A stretch of DNA of 50,556 bases, taken from the NCBI GenBank assembly GCA_025056555.1, contig JANWVZ010000003.1, positions 1-50,556 on the forward strand, read 5' to 3'. Below are positions 38,091 through 48,744 of this stretch, piece after piece. The stretch's first letter is position 1. Each line of letters opens with the position of its first letter. The notes beneath the pieces are model-generated. The model was not told the origin of the DNA and ran no database searches. It was given only the letters and a program-made list of their open reading frames with translations. The position numbers were made by a program, and so were the translations under genes. This DNA is from Gemmatales bacterium (GTDB lineage Bacteria > Planctomycetota > Planctomycetia > Gemmatales > HRBIN36).

Positions 38091-41014
38091 GACGACACCC
38101 TCGGTTGCAGAACTAGCAGACCGATGACATCCACCGGTCGCAACGGACGAACTTCCAGCTCCTTCTGACGTTCTCCCAGGAACCGCCGGATCCGCCGATG
38201 GGTGTGGCGCAAAGCCTCAGCCCGTTGTTGCATATGAACGAGCACATCCCTGTCCAGTTGCGGCCACAGGTCCAGGGCCGACTGGACTAGATCGCGTTTT
38301 TCTGCCAGGGGCATGTTGACTTCGGCCTGGGCTTGCGCCAGCAGACTGCGGGCTGCCGATTCCTCCAGCCAAGTCAACGGCGGTACCAGGCCCTGGGTGC
38401 CCCAGATGCGCACTTCCTCGACGAACATAGGCGGGGAGCCCAGCCGCTCCAGCTGAAAACGCAGGCGCACCAGCCACAGCACCGTTACCCTGGCCACCTT
38501 GCCGGTGCGCAAGGCGCCCGCGCGGGCAGCCGTCGCTTGGCCGTGACGGCTCAGCGCGTCCTCGAACAGATAACGGGCCAGCGCGGTTACCCACGGATGA
38601 TTTCTCCCGACATACTCAGCCTCCGGCGGAGTCGGCGAAGCGAAGCTGATGTACCAAAATGTACTTGCTGAGCCACGGCGACTCGGCACACGGCTTTTGA
38701 CAAGAAAACGCAGGGGCTCCGGCAAGTGTACCAGTTCGGCCTCACCCAGCGCCAGACGGTAAACTGGCGCCGGGGCACGCCGAACGCACTCCAGTGGCAC
38801 CTGCAACCGCTGACACGCTTGCACGACAAATTCCCGCACAGCCTCTGGATCGCCCAGAACGTCGTCGGTCTGCTGCAGCTCATCCTGGACTTCTTCGAGT
38901 TTTATCGCCCGCTGCGCGAAGCGGCTGCGACTGAGCCGTTCGGCGCGGACGTCCCGTTCCCAGTCTTCATGCAGTTTCCGAATGTCTGGCGTATCCAAAA
39001 GCAATCGCAGTTGGGACGACGCGGGACTGCCGGGACAGAGAAACAACCGATGGAGCACCGCCTTCCACACCTGTTCGCTCTGGTGAGGCACAGGAACGTG
39101 CGTTCCCAGCGTACGGTGAATCTCGCGGGCCTTGCGGAGCAGCACCTCTAACACGGCGCCATCTACGGGATTATTCCGACCATACAGCAGCACGGTGCGC
39201 ACGACCGCGGCCGTTTGCCCATACCGATCCACACGGCCTTCCCGCTGTTCCAGGCGGTTGGGATTCCACGGTAAATCGTAATGCAGCACCGCGGTAAATT
39301 TTTCCTGAAGATTGATGCCTTCCGATAAACAATCCGTGGCTACCAGGACCCGCGGTCGTTGGCCATCTATTTCTTCGATTTTCAACCGCCGTTCTTCATC
39401 TCCAAGCCGACCCGTGATACATACGACCTGCACTTCCTGGGGCAACGCCTGGCGCAGATGCTCGGCCAGGTATTCCGCCGTCGCGACATAGCGACACCAC
39501 AGGATCGGCGCGAATCCCTCGTCAAGCAATTGCTGTGTTTTCTGCACCGCGGCTTGCAACTTAGCGTCGTTGGCCAAACCCGAGGCACTCTGAGCCAGTT
39601 TCACCAGCGATCGCAGATACCGGCGCTGGCGCTCCGACCAATCCGCTTCTGCCGCTTCCATGGCCGGGATCGGCGTCTCGTCTTCCCAGCGTCCCGTGTC
39701 TCGCTCCAGGACAAACGGCGCGAATTCATCGGTTTCCGCCGCAGCTTCGTCGTCCGCCCCGGTGAGTAAAGCACTCCCCGGCTCGTGAGCCGCGGCTCCT
39801 GGTCCTTCCTGCGGCAGACCGCTCCGTCGTTCCAGGGCGACCAACGCCGCCTTCGGACTGGACATGACGCACCGCAACAGCGCCAACACCCCCCAGTAAT
39901 GTACCCGCTGCTGATGGGCTCCCAGCGACTTACTCTGGCTCAGCAGTTCCGCGCAGAGTCTATAGGTGCCTTCGAAGAGCTTTTCACTGGCTTCATCCAG
40001 GGCATAGGTGATTTCCTCGGCCTGGCGCTGGGGAAAGGAGTGCGCTTCCTTCCAATACTGTTGAATGTCCCCACGCGTCCGCTGCACATAATGCCGCGCC
40101 AACTCCTGACGCTGCCTCTCGTCGAGTTCGGACAGATTCCATTCGCCAAATTCCGCACGCAATAGGGACAATAAGGATTGAAAATCGTCGCGGATGCCGG
40201 AGTGAGGCGTGGCGGTCAGGAAGATCAGGTGGCGTTGCGGATGCTCGGCCAGTTGCCGCAGCAAAGCATGGCGTTCCTGCTGGCCACCTCCGTGTGGTTC
40301 GGTGGCTCCGTGCACCTCATCTACGATGACCATTTCCGGACAGAACTGCACAAACTGCGCGCGATTTCGCTCCAGTTTGACGAAATCAATGCTCGCCACC
40401 TGAATTGGGTAGTATTCATAGACACTCTGACCGGCCGGCGCGTCCCGCTCGAGTCGGCTCACCGTGCCAGAGCGAAACACCACCGCCTCCATGCCAAATT
40501 TCTCCGACATCTCCCGCTGCCACTGGTCGCACAAATACGGCGGACAAAGCACACACAGCCGACGGATTTCCCCGCGGTCGAGCAATTCCCGCGCTATCAA
40601 TAACGCTTCAATCGTCTTGCCCACACCAACGTCATCCGCGATGAATAAGCGCACCGGATGCAACCGCAACGCCATCATCAGCGGTACTAACTGATATAAG
40701 CGGGGCCGAATTGAAATCCGTCCCAGACAACGCAATGGGGCTGCTCCCTCCCGTAAGAGCAGCCGCGCCGCGTGCCACAGCAGGTACACGGCAGGGGTGT
40801 CCGACACGTCGTCCACACTCGGTAACGGAAACTCCGCGGGGGTCATCTGCTCCCATTTCAGGCGGGTGCTTACCAATTCGCGCAACTTAGCGTGTACTTC
40901 GATTACGTCCTCGTCCGTCCCGATTAACGGACGCAAGCGCAAGAGGCTAGCATCATAGCTGGGCAAAACCACCCATTCTTTGCCGCGATAGCTGACCACT
41001 GCTCCCACTTGCAT
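38087..41014 (-). CDS. SNF2-family helicase, DrmD-like
   Basis: ADDVGVGKT, DEVH, TATPH, ATDCLSEGINLQ, YDLPWNPNRLEQREGRVDRYGQ; ATGA overlap with the methyltransferase start. Confidence 0.9.
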   Translation of the reverse strand: MQVGAVVSYRGKEWVVLPSYDASLLRLRPLIGTDEDVIEVHAKLRELVSTRLKWEQMTPAEFPLPSVDDVSDTPAVYLLWHAARLLLREGAAPLRCLGRISIRPRLYQLVPLMMALRLHPVRLFIADDVGVGKTIEALLIARELLDRGEIRRLCVLCPPYLCDQWQREMSEKFGMEAVVFRSGTVSRLERDAPAGQSVYEYYPIQVASIDFVKLERNRAQFVQFCPEMVIVDEVHGATEPHGGGQQERHALLRQLAEHPQRHLIFLTATPHSGIRDDFQSLLSLLRAEFGEWNLSELDERQRQELARHYVQRTRGDIQQYWKEAHSFPQRQAEEITYALDEASEKLFEGTYRLCAELLSQSKSLGAHQQRVHYWGVLALLRCVMSSPKAALVALERRSGLPQEGPGAAAHEPGSALLTGADDEAAAETDEFAPFVLERDTGRWEDETPIPAMEAAEADWSERQRRYLRSLVKLAQSASGLANDAKLQAAVQKTQQLLDEGFAPILWCRYVATAEYLAEHLRQALPQEVQVVCITGRLGDEERRLKIEEIDGQRPRVLVATDCLSEGINLQEKFTAVLHYDLPWNPNRLEQREGRVDRYGQTAAVVRTVLLYGRNNPVDGAVLEVLLRKAREIHRTLGTHVPVPHQSEQVWKAVLHRLFLCPGSPASSQLRLLLDTPDIRKLHEDWERDVRAERLSRSRFAQRAIKLEEVQDELQQTDDVLGDPEAVREFVVQACQRLQVPLECVRRAPAPVYRLALGEAELVHLPEPLRFLVKSRVPSRRGSASTFWYISFASPTPPEAEYVGRNHPWVTALARYLFEDALSRHGQATAARAGALRTGKVARVTVLWLVRLRFQLERLGSPPMFVEEVRIWGTQGLVPPLTWLEESAARSLLAQAQAEVNMPLAEKRDLVQSALDLWPQLDRDVLVHMQQRAEALRHTHRRIRRFLGERQKELEVRPLRPVDVIGLLVLQPRVSS

Positions 41015-41389
41015 CCTCGTGATCCCTATCGTTTCCCCGCCCCCGCCTTTTTGGAGGGAGAACTGGCTTTTTCGATTTCTTCCTGGGCATCCGAACTCTG
41101 ATTGTATGAGCCGATTTCTTCCATTAGGAAGACCCGGCAGTTCGCAGCTTCCCGAAAGACCAGGGCATGTTGCAGCACTGACTCATTCCTCTTGAACAAA
41201 ATCTGCAGGCACGCTGGGAGCCAACGTTCAATCTGGTTAACTGGCGACTAAAGGCCCGTCGCAACCTGCGATAGATAAGCCTCGCCATTTGGAAGACTTA
41301 TTATGGTCTTCGCATCATGGAGTTTACCGGGACGTCAGCGCTGGTCGTCGTGCAGCACTTTGGAAATGCGGTCAGACGGCAAATAAGGT

Positions 41390-42427
41390 TCACTTGGTAT
41401 CCATGCTAACGCTGACCATGCGTCCCGAAGTAGCCGATTCGATTTCTTTATAACATAGAGCCAAAGCCAGGCGCGCCAATTCACCGCTCAATTCCTGCGG
41501 GGCTCGACCCTGAACGACTGCCTGAACCGCTGCTTGTAACTCCGCGGTGAATGCTGCCGTCGGATCGTCGCCGCCCATCAGCTTTGGTTGTTCCGTGCGA
41601 CCGTCGGCCCAATAGACTGTCAGGGGCGAGCCTAAGCGGTAACTGACGGTGGCCTTCTCAAAATATAGTTCAAAGCCGTGGGTGAATTCCCGCCCCTTCT
41701 GGCAGAGGGCACCGCTGGAGCAGGTCAGACAGGCTGGCCCGTCGCTGTCGTAGATATAGTGCGTAGTCAGGTGAGTCACGACACCATTCTCAATTACCCC
41801 CCGTGAATACACCGCCCGAGGGACGCCCCCTATCAAGGTTACATAATGAGCATCGTGAATGTGTAAATCAATCGCTGGCCCGCCAGTCTTAGCCGGATCC
41901 GCGATCTCGGCAGACCAGTCGGGCTTGCTGATAATGCGATCTAAGTGTCCCGCTAACAGTTTCCCGGCCGCTGATGATCGCGCTAACTGCAAGGCCCACG
42001 CAAATTCCGGCACATACGCCAGCACCTGTCCCACCAGGAGAAGCTTACCCGTCTGTTGCGCCGCTTCTACCATTCGCGCCGCATCTTCTAAGCTCAATGC
42101 TATAGGTTTTTCCACCAGCACATGCTTACCTGCCCGCAAGGCTTCTAAGCTGGCTTGCGCATGCATACTGGTCGGCAAACAAATATCCACCAGGTCTATA
42201 TCGGGATCTGCTAATAATTCACTAAGCCGACTATAGGCCTTGAGATCGCGCAAATCCATAAGCTGACCTGGCGGCCCAAAATTTCCCCGAATACCCCGCC
42301 AATCTCCGGCCCGCTTTTTCGGGTCGCGACTGACGATGGCAGTTACTCGCGCGTTGTCCAAACGCTGCGCTGCCAGATAGTGAATCATTCCCATAAATCC
42401 AATGCCCACAATACCCACTCGCACCAT
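41390..42427 (-). CDS. Gfo/Idh/MocA family oxidoreductase
   Basis: VGIVGIGFMG, KHVLVEKP, DLHIHD. Confidence 0.92.
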   Translation of the reverse strand: MVRVGIVGIGFMGMIHYLAAQRLDNARVTAIVSRDPKKRAGDWRGIRGNFGPPGQLMDLRDLKAYSRLSELLADPDIDLVDICLPTSMHAQASLEALRAGKHVLVEKPIALSLEDAARMVEAAQQTGKLLLVGQVLAYVPEFAWALQLARSSAAGKLLAGHLDRIISKPDWSAEIADPAKTGGPAIDLHIHDAHYVTLIGGVPRAVYSRGVIENGVVTHLTTHYIYDSDGPACLTCSSGALCQKGREFTHGFELYFEKATVSYRLGSPLTVYWADGRTEQPKLMGGDDPTAAFTAELQAAVQAVVQGRAPQELSGELARLALALCYKEIESATSGRMVSVSMDTK

Positions 42428-42535
42428 ATTAATTTCTCCTGTCCGCTGGAACGGAGGTCAGCAGAAATTATAGTTAGTGAATGGGCTGCCTCCGGACGAC
42501 GGCAGGTGCCGGTCCGGACACCCACGGCAATTATC

Positions 42536-43402
42536 CTAGTCCTCAGCCATCACGGGATTCCTCAGGATACCGATTCGCTCGATCTCGATCTCGACCACGT
42601 CCCCCGGCTTGAGGAACACCGGCGGCTTGCGTGCGAAACCGACTCCTGGCGGCGTGCCGGTAAAGATCAGGTCTCCGGGTTCCAAAGTCACCACTTGGGA
42701 AATATAGGAGACTAACTTATCCACGGAAAAGATCATCTGATTCGTGTTACTGCGTTGCATCACTTGGCCATTTAACCGAAGTTCGATATGGAGTTGATGT
42801 GGATCGGGTATCTCATCTCGGGTCACTAATGCCGGGCCGATTGGGGCAAAAGTGTCAAACGTTTTCCCCGCTAGCCACTGACCACCCGGCTTGCGTAACT
42901 GCCAATCCCGAGCTGAGACATCGTGTCCTATAGTATAACCTGCAATATACTGTCGCGCTTCCTGCTCTGCAATGTACCGCCCTCGTTTTCCAATCACGAT
43001 CACTAATTCTGCTTCGTAGTCCACTTCCTTACTGACCTTCGGTAAGCGTATGGGCTCTTCAGGACCGATGACGGCGCTGCTGAATTTGCTGAATAGGACC
43101 GGCTCAGCGGGAATTGCAGCGCCACTTTCTGCCGCATGATCCTTATAGTTCAGCCCAACGCATATTACCTTAGGCGGATCGGGTATCGGCGCCGCTAAGC
43201 GTATCGGGCCGCGCTCATATATCGGCTTCTCAATGCGCTCAGGTAACTGTTGCAACTGCGCGTGAACCACCTCTCCTAAACGTAATAGTTCGCGCACGGA
43301 CGAGGGCAAGTGAGAGAGATTCGTCGCTATGTCGAGGTATCGCCCATTCCATTCTAAACCCGCCCGCAAACCGCTTTCTGTTTGCAGCGTCACGATTCGC
43401 AT
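42536..43402 (-). CDS. fumarylacetoacetate hydrolase family protein
   Basis: CVGLNYKDH, DYEAEL, DVSARDWQ, GKTFDTF.P.GP, GD.IFTGTP.GVG. Confidence 0.93.
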   Translation of the reverse strand: MRIVTLQTESGLRAGLEWNGRYLDIATNLSHLPSSVRELLRLGEVVHAQLQQLPERIEKPIYERGPIRLAAPIPDPPKVICVGLNYKDHAAESGAAIPAEPVLFSKFSSAVIGPEEPIRLPKVSKEVDYEAELVIVIGKRGRYIAEQEARQYIAGYTIGHDVSARDWQLRKPGGQWLAGKTFDTFAPIGPALVTRDEIPDPHQLHIELRLNGQVMQRSNTNQMIFSVDKLVSYISQVVTLEPGDLIFTGTPPGVGFARKPPVFLKPGDVVEIEIERIGILRNPVMAED

Positions 43403-43435
43403 GACCGACTCCTTCTGGCGTTTCCAGGATTATGC

Positions 43436-46400
43436 TTAGGTCTTGGTTTCCACCGCGTGACCAGCGGTCAATCCATTAGCCCGTTGAAAATAGACGCTGT
43501 TCTTGCCCAGCACACTTTCTAATGCTGCGCAGTCAAGATGAGCTACGTCCACATGATAGGTCTTATCTAATATCAGCAAAGCTCGTTTATCCTTGCGGTC
43601 GCGAATCTCCAGGAAAACAGGGCATTGCCCCGGGTTACGCTGGAGAATATCACGAATTTCCTCGATAACACAGGGCCTGTGATGCCGAAGCGTCATTCTT
43701 AACAATACAGCGCGGGTTAATTCCCGTAACGCCTGCGGGTAACTGAGCACCCGGGTGACTATGAATACGGGAGTGTCCCGCGTGCGGTCTAAGGTACCTC
43801 GAACCAAGACCACACTCTCTTCCGCGACCAACTCTTGACAAGCGGCAAATTCGTCGGGGAAGATCAGGCACTCCAGGCTGTCCTCTAAATCCTGCAGTTT
43901 GAAGCGGGCCATTTTAGTATTACCAGACCGACTCTTACGGGCGTGGCTTAGACGCACCTCAGTTATCATCCCTCCCAAGAGAAGATCGGGGGGCAACTCC
44001 GCATTCGCCGCAAAACTTAGAAGCTGGCGAATGGACATAGTAGTCAGCGACGCTAAGCGCTCGCCCCAGGAAGCTAAAGGATGCAAAGCGAAGTAAAAAC
44101 CGAAGGCTTCCTTTTCCCGACGCGAGCGCTCTTCGTAAGACCAGTCTTCAACGTTAGGCAGTGCACGTTTGACCACCTCGCTGGCAGGTTCCAGACTATC
44201 CAGAAAGCTCCGCTGGCCCGCTTTGCGATCTTCCTGGAATCGCGCTCCGCTGCTAAGGGCATCTCCTAAAGCCTCTAATAACGCAGCCCGCCGACCAAAC
44301 TCATCTAATGCTCCTGCATTTATCAAGGTTTCTAAAGTACTTCGGGATACCACACGCGGATCTAACCGACAACACAAATCATAGAGGTCCTTATAAGGTC
44401 CACGCTGGTTCCGTTCCGCAACCAGAGCTTGAGCGGCACTATATCCTACTCCCCGCAAGGCTGCCAAGGCATAGCGAATCTGACCCTGCTCGACCCGGAA
44501 CTCCACCTGACTGCGGTTAATGTCGGGCGGCAACACGCGCACCCCGATTTGTCGGGCATGGGCGACATACTGGGCAAGTTTTTCCGACTTACCTATTTCG
44601 CTCGTCAGTAAGGCAGCCATGAATTCCGTAGGAAAGTGGGCCTTCAGATAGGCCGTCTGATAGGCCACAAGTGCATAAGCAGCCGCATGGGATTTATTGA
44701 AACCGTAACCGCCAAAATGAACAATCTGATCAAAGATTTCCTCGGCAGTTTCTCTCCGAACTCCACGCGCAACCGCGCCTTCGATAAATTCCTGCCGACG
44801 TTGTGCGATCGTCTCCTGCTTTTTCTTACTAATCGCCTTGATACAGGCATAGGCATTAGACAAATCCACGCCCCCCAATCGGTTGAGTATTAACATTACT
44901 TGTTCCTGATAAACCATGATACCATAAGTTTCTGCTAGCACTTCTTCCATAACAGGATGCTGGTAGACGGGCTTTTCGCGGCCGTGCTTGCGGTTGACAT
45001 AAGCATCCACCATGCCTCCGCCCAGAGGTCCGGGGCGATAAAGAGCATTGCAGGCAATCAAATCACGAATATTATCCGGCTTGAGGCGTTGCAACAGATG
45101 CCGAATGCCTTCTCCCTCGAATTGAAACACTCCCACAGCATCGCCCCGCTGGAGCATAGCATAGGTTTTTTCGTCATTAAGCGGCAGGCGATGCAGATCA
45201 AGGTCCCGCCCGTGATTTTCCTTGATTAACTGCACGGCGTGATCCAGCAACGTGAGTGTCCGTAAGCCCAGGAAATCCATTTTTAGCATGCCAACTTTTT
45301 CGAGGTCTTCCATGGTCCATTGGGTAATCACTATACCATCGCGTCCGGCAGTACGAGGATGTTCCGGCTCCTCAACGGCATTCGATTCCTCCCCCCCTTC
45401 AGTGCGTTGGGGCCAAACTCGTTGCACCGGAACATAGTCCACCAGCGGGCCGTTGGCAATCACCACCCCAGCAGCATGCGTGCTCACTGTGCGATTAGTA
45501 CCTTCCAGCTTCAGGGCGATATCCAGACATTCACGCACCTGCGGATCAGTTTCATATTCCTGCCTCAGGTCATAGATCGTTTCCAGGGCCTCGGCTAAGG
45601 TAACACCGGGAGTTCGCGGAATCAGGCGGGTGATCTGTTCTACTCGCGAACGGGGTAATCCTAATGCCCGTCCCACATCCCGTACAGCCGCCCGTGCGGC
45701 TAAGGTACCGAAGGTACCGATCTGCGCCACACTATCTGCGCCGTAGCGTTGACGCACATAATCCAGGACTTCCTCCCGACGCAGCTGGCAGAAGTCAATA
45801 TCTATATCAGGAGCCTCGGCACGCTTAGGATCGAGAAATCGCTCAAATAATAAGCCATACTCCAGGGGATCTATGTGACTCAATTGTAAGACATAGCTCA
45901 CCAGTGCCCCGCACGCTGAGCCGCGTGCGCCATAGGGAATTCCCTGAGATCGGGCAAAACGCACGAAATCATGAACAATAAGAAAGTAACCTGCAAAACC
46001 CAGCCGGCAAATAATCTCCAATTCGTGTTCCAGGCGCTCTCGTGCTCGTGGAGGAGGTGGATTGCCATAACGCTGTCTTAAGCCCTCCTCGCAAAGTTGA
46101 CGGAGATATTGTTCGGGAGTAAGTCCGCCAGGCGGGCAGAAAACCGGATAGTGTCGCTTAGTAAAATCCAAATGCAACGAACAACGTTCCGCGATTCCTT
46201 GACTGGCTGCCACGGCTTCCTCATAACCGGGGAAAGCGTCATACATTTCCTGCGGCGAGCGCACGTAAAACAGATTACTGCCGTAGCGCAGGCGGTGAAC
46301 GTCCTGCCGTTGTTTCCCTGTATTGATGCAAAGTAAAATGTCGTGCGCTTCAGCATCCTCCTGAGTCAGATAATGGGCATCCGCCGTGGCTACCAGCGGC

Positions 46401-47002
46401 AAATTCAGGCGCCGTGCAATTTCGACCGCCCCTTCTAAGCATCGCCTTTGAATCTCCAGGCCATTATTCTGGATTTCAATGTAAAAACGATCGGGACTGA
46501 ATGTTCGCGCTAACCAGCGCGCCAATTCGGTGGCCTCCTCGAAACGATTCTGCAAAATCAGGGTGCTGAATTCACTCGAGGCACAACCGCTAAGACAGAT
46601 CAACCCCTGGTTACAGCGCTCGAGAAGTTCCTTATCAATGCGGGGGCGATAGTAAAATCCCTCCAGGAAGGCTAACGACGCCAACCGAATCAGATTGCGG
46701 AACCCTTGCTCATTATAGGCCAGCAGAGTGAGATGATAAGCCGCTTCGCCCGTGCCACGGCTGTCGCGCTCAAAGCGGCTGCCGGGAGCGACGTAGGCCT
46801 CATAACCTATGATCGGCTTTATGCCTTGAGCGACACAATGTTGATAAAACTCAATGGCACCATACAGATTCCCGTGATCTGTCAGCGCCAGGGCATTCAT
46901 TCCCAGCGACTTCACATGACTGACTAATTCCGGAATGCGACTGGCACCGTCGAGCAGACTGTAGTGGCTGTGACAATGCAGATGGACAAAGGGTCGGGCC
47001 AT
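43436..47002 (-). CDS. dnaE: DNA polymerase III alpha subunit
   Basis: PHP domain HLHCHSHYSLLDG, RGSA, FERFL, PDIDIDF, KMDFLGL, GFNKSH, C-terminal OB fold. Confidence 0.98.
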   Translation of the reverse strand: MARPFVHLHCHSHYSLLDGASRIPELVSHVKSLGMNALALTDHGNLYGAIEFYQHCVAQGIKPIIGYEAYVAPGSRFERDSRGTGEAAYHLTLLAYNEQGFRNLIRLASLAFLEGFYYRPRIDKELLERCNQGLICLSGCASSEFSTLILQNRFEEATELARWLARTFSPDRFYIEIQNNGLEIQRRCLEGAVEIARRLNLPLVATADAHYLTQEDAEAHDILLCINTGKQRQDVHRLRYGSNLFYVRSPQEMYDAFPGYEEAVAASQGIAERCSLHLDFTKRHYPVFCPPGGLTPEQYLRQLCEEGLRQRYGNPPPPRARERLEHELEIICRLGFAGYFLIVHDFVRFARSQGIPYGARGSACGALVSYVLQLSHIDPLEYGLLFERFLDPKRAEAPDIDIDFCQLRREEVLDYVRQRYGADSVAQIGTFGTLAARAAVRDVGRALGLPRSRVEQITRLIPRTPGVTLAEALETIYDLRQEYETDPQVRECLDIALKLEGTNRTVSTHAAGVVIANGPLVDYVPVQRVWPQRTEGGEESNAVEEPEHPRTAGRDGIVITQWTMEDLEKVGMLKMDFLGLRTLTLLDHAVQLIKENHGRDLDLHRLPLNDEKTYAMLQRGDAVGVFQFEGEGIRHLLQRLKPDNIRDLIACNALYRPGPLGGGMVDAYVNRKHGREKPVYQHPVMEEVLAETYGIMVYQEQVMLILNRLGGVDLSNAYACIKAISKKKQETIAQRRQEFIEGAVARGVRRETAEEIFDQIVHFGGYGFNKSHAAAYALVAYQTAYLKAHFPTEFMAALLTSEIGKSEKLAQYVAHARQIGVRVLPPDINRSQVEFRVEQGQIRYALAALRGVGYSAAQALVAERNQRGPYKDLYDLCCRLDPRVVSRSTLETLINAGALDEFGRRAALLEALGDALSSGARFQEDRKAGQRSFLDSLEPASEVVKRALPNVEDWSYEERSRREKEAFGFYFALHPLASWGERLASLTTMSIRQLLSFAANAELPPDLLLGGMITEVRLSHARKSRSGNTKMARFKLQDLEDSLECLIFPDEFAACQELVAEESVVLVRGTLDRTRDTPVFIVTRVLSYPQALRELTRAVLLRMTLRHHRPCVIEEIRDILQRNPGQCPVFLEIRDRKDKRALLILDKTYHVDVAHLDCAALESVLGKNSVYFQRANGLTAGHAVETKT

Positions 47003-47428
47003 TCACTTCTACTCCTGGCTATATAGCTTCTGTCGCTCTCGGCATTGTAGCAAGGCGACCAAGTGTTACGTTGCCGGAATCAGTGTTTCAAGTTTTCAGA
47101 GGGTATATTAGCAGTTGAGCGACCAATCGAAAAAGCTGTTCCGACTGGGAGCACGGTCTCGGTTTGAATCGCTAGGAATGCATAACCTTCACAGGCAATC
47201 GGTTCGTTGGGCACTATCTTGCCAATTACCTCCAAACGGACCCATAACCCCTGCCTTGAATTATAAAGCGCAAAGCATAATATATCCTGTGATCCATCAG
47301 CACAGTATTCACATTCCTCGCGTCGAATTAAAATAAGGGTACTGAGTTAGCGGTTTAGCACCGAAGGTCAGTCACTTTGGCCACACATCCAAGCAGGTGT
47401 TGGTAACGGGAGAGGTTGTTGAGTGATG

Positions 47429-48709
47429 TTATTCCGGAGGATGAGTGGAGCTGACAATTTCGTCGAGCAAGTGGCCGAGCTTAGTTTTCTTTGCCAGCAG
47501 GTAATCACGATTTACTTTGGTAGGCGAAATTACGATAGGTACCCGCTCGACGATTTTAAGTCCATAACCATCGAGGCCCACAACTTTCTTGGGATTATTC
47601 GTCAGGAGGCGGATTTGTCGGATACCAAGATCATAGAGAATTTGCGCTCCAATACCATAATGGCGCAGATCAGGAGCGTAGCCAAGTTCGCGATTAGCCT
47701 CCACAGTATCTAAGCCTTTTTCCTGCTGCAATTGATAGGCATGGAGCTTAGGGAGCAGTCCGATGCCACGACCTTCCTGACGCATGTAAAGAAGGCAACC
47801 TTTGCCCGCTTCCGCTATCTGACGCAGCGCTTGCTGTAACTGAGCACCACAATCGCAAAGCATACTATGGAAAATGTCTCCAGTCAGGCATTGTGAATGA
47901 ATGCGAACCAGCACCGGCTCTTCCTGAACTGGTACCACGCCACCACTATCATCACCGACACCTCCCATGCACAAAGCTATATGCGGTTCAGGGTCCACAA
48001 CCGAAGTATAAGCAAACAGGCGAAATTCACCGAATGCTGTCGGCAGCATCAAAGTGAGTTCACGACGAACGAGTTTCTCCCGTTGGCGACGATACTTAAT
48101 CAGCTCTTCAATGGTGCACATTTTCAAGCCATGCTGACGGCAGAACTCACGCAGGTCCGGAATGCGAGCCATATGGCCGTCGGGCCGCAGGATTTCGCAG
48201 ATAACTGCGGCTTCCCGCAGACCGGCCAATCGGCACAAGTCCACGCCTCCTTCAGTGTGGCCTGCACGCACCAAGACGCCGCCAGGATGCGCCCGTAAAC
48301 CGTGTACATGACCAGGACGCACTAAATCAGAGGGTTGACTCCTCGGATCAATGGCAACCTGAATGGTTCGTGCCCGATCATAGGCGGAGGTTCCTGTCGT
48401 GATGCCCCGCCGTGCGTCGAAGGACACAGTAAAAGCCGTGCCCATGGGGTTGGCTTGAGGAGCTTGTAGAGTCAAGTCCAGCCGGTCGCAAATCTCAGCC
48501 GACATGGCCAGGCATAATAAGCCGCGGGCCTCTCGGAGCATGAAATTGATAGCTTCGGGGCTGACCTTTTCGGCAGCCAACACCAGGTCCCCTTCATTCT
48601 CGCGGAATTCATCGTCTACGAGCACAATCATTCGCCCGGCCTTGAGTTCCGCCAAAGCCTCTTCAATGCTGCAGAAGCCCTCTTGTCGAAGATATTCCTT
48701 TTCACTCAT
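47429..48709 (-). CDS. ribBA: bifunctional DHBP synthase / GTP cyclohydrolase II
   Basis: RENEGD, R.GHTE, VRIHSQCLTGD...S..CDCG.QL, QEGRGIGL, LLTNNP.K. Confidence 0.96.
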   Translation of the reverse strand: MSEKEYLRQEGFCSIEEALAELKAGRMIVLVDDEFRENEGDLVLAAEKVSPEAINFMLREARGLLCLAMSAEICDRLDLTLQAPQANPMGTAFTVSFDARRGITTGTSAYDRARTIQVAIDPRSQPSDLVRPGHVHGLRAHPGGVLVRAGHTEGGVDLCRLAGLREAAVICEILRPDGHMARIPDLREFCRQHGLKMCTIEELIKYRRQREKLVRRELTLMLPTAFGEFRLFAYTSVVDPEPHIALCMGGVGDDSGGVVPVQEEPVLVRIHSQCLTGDIFHSMLCDCGAQLQQALRQIAEAGKGCLLYMRQEGRGIGLLPKLHAYQLQQEKGLDTVEANRELGYAPDLRHYGIGAQILYDLGIRQIRLLTNNPKKVVGLDGYGLKIVERVPIVISPTKVNRDYLLAKKTKLGHLLDEIVSSTHPPE

Positions 48710-48744
48710 GGGGATTTCCTAAGTTGCCAGCACGGTCTGTCAGT

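Noticed and set aside
36996-38168. 390-aa plus-strand ORF
   Set aside because: Antisense shadow of the methyltransferase/helicase genes.
34650-41390. Integrative element or prophage carrying the helicase/MTase
   Set aside because: No integrase, tRNA target or flanking direct repeats found by eye.
43436-47002. Intein in DnaE
   Set aside because: Length (1188 aa) is normal and no intein splice motifs or large insertion are visible.
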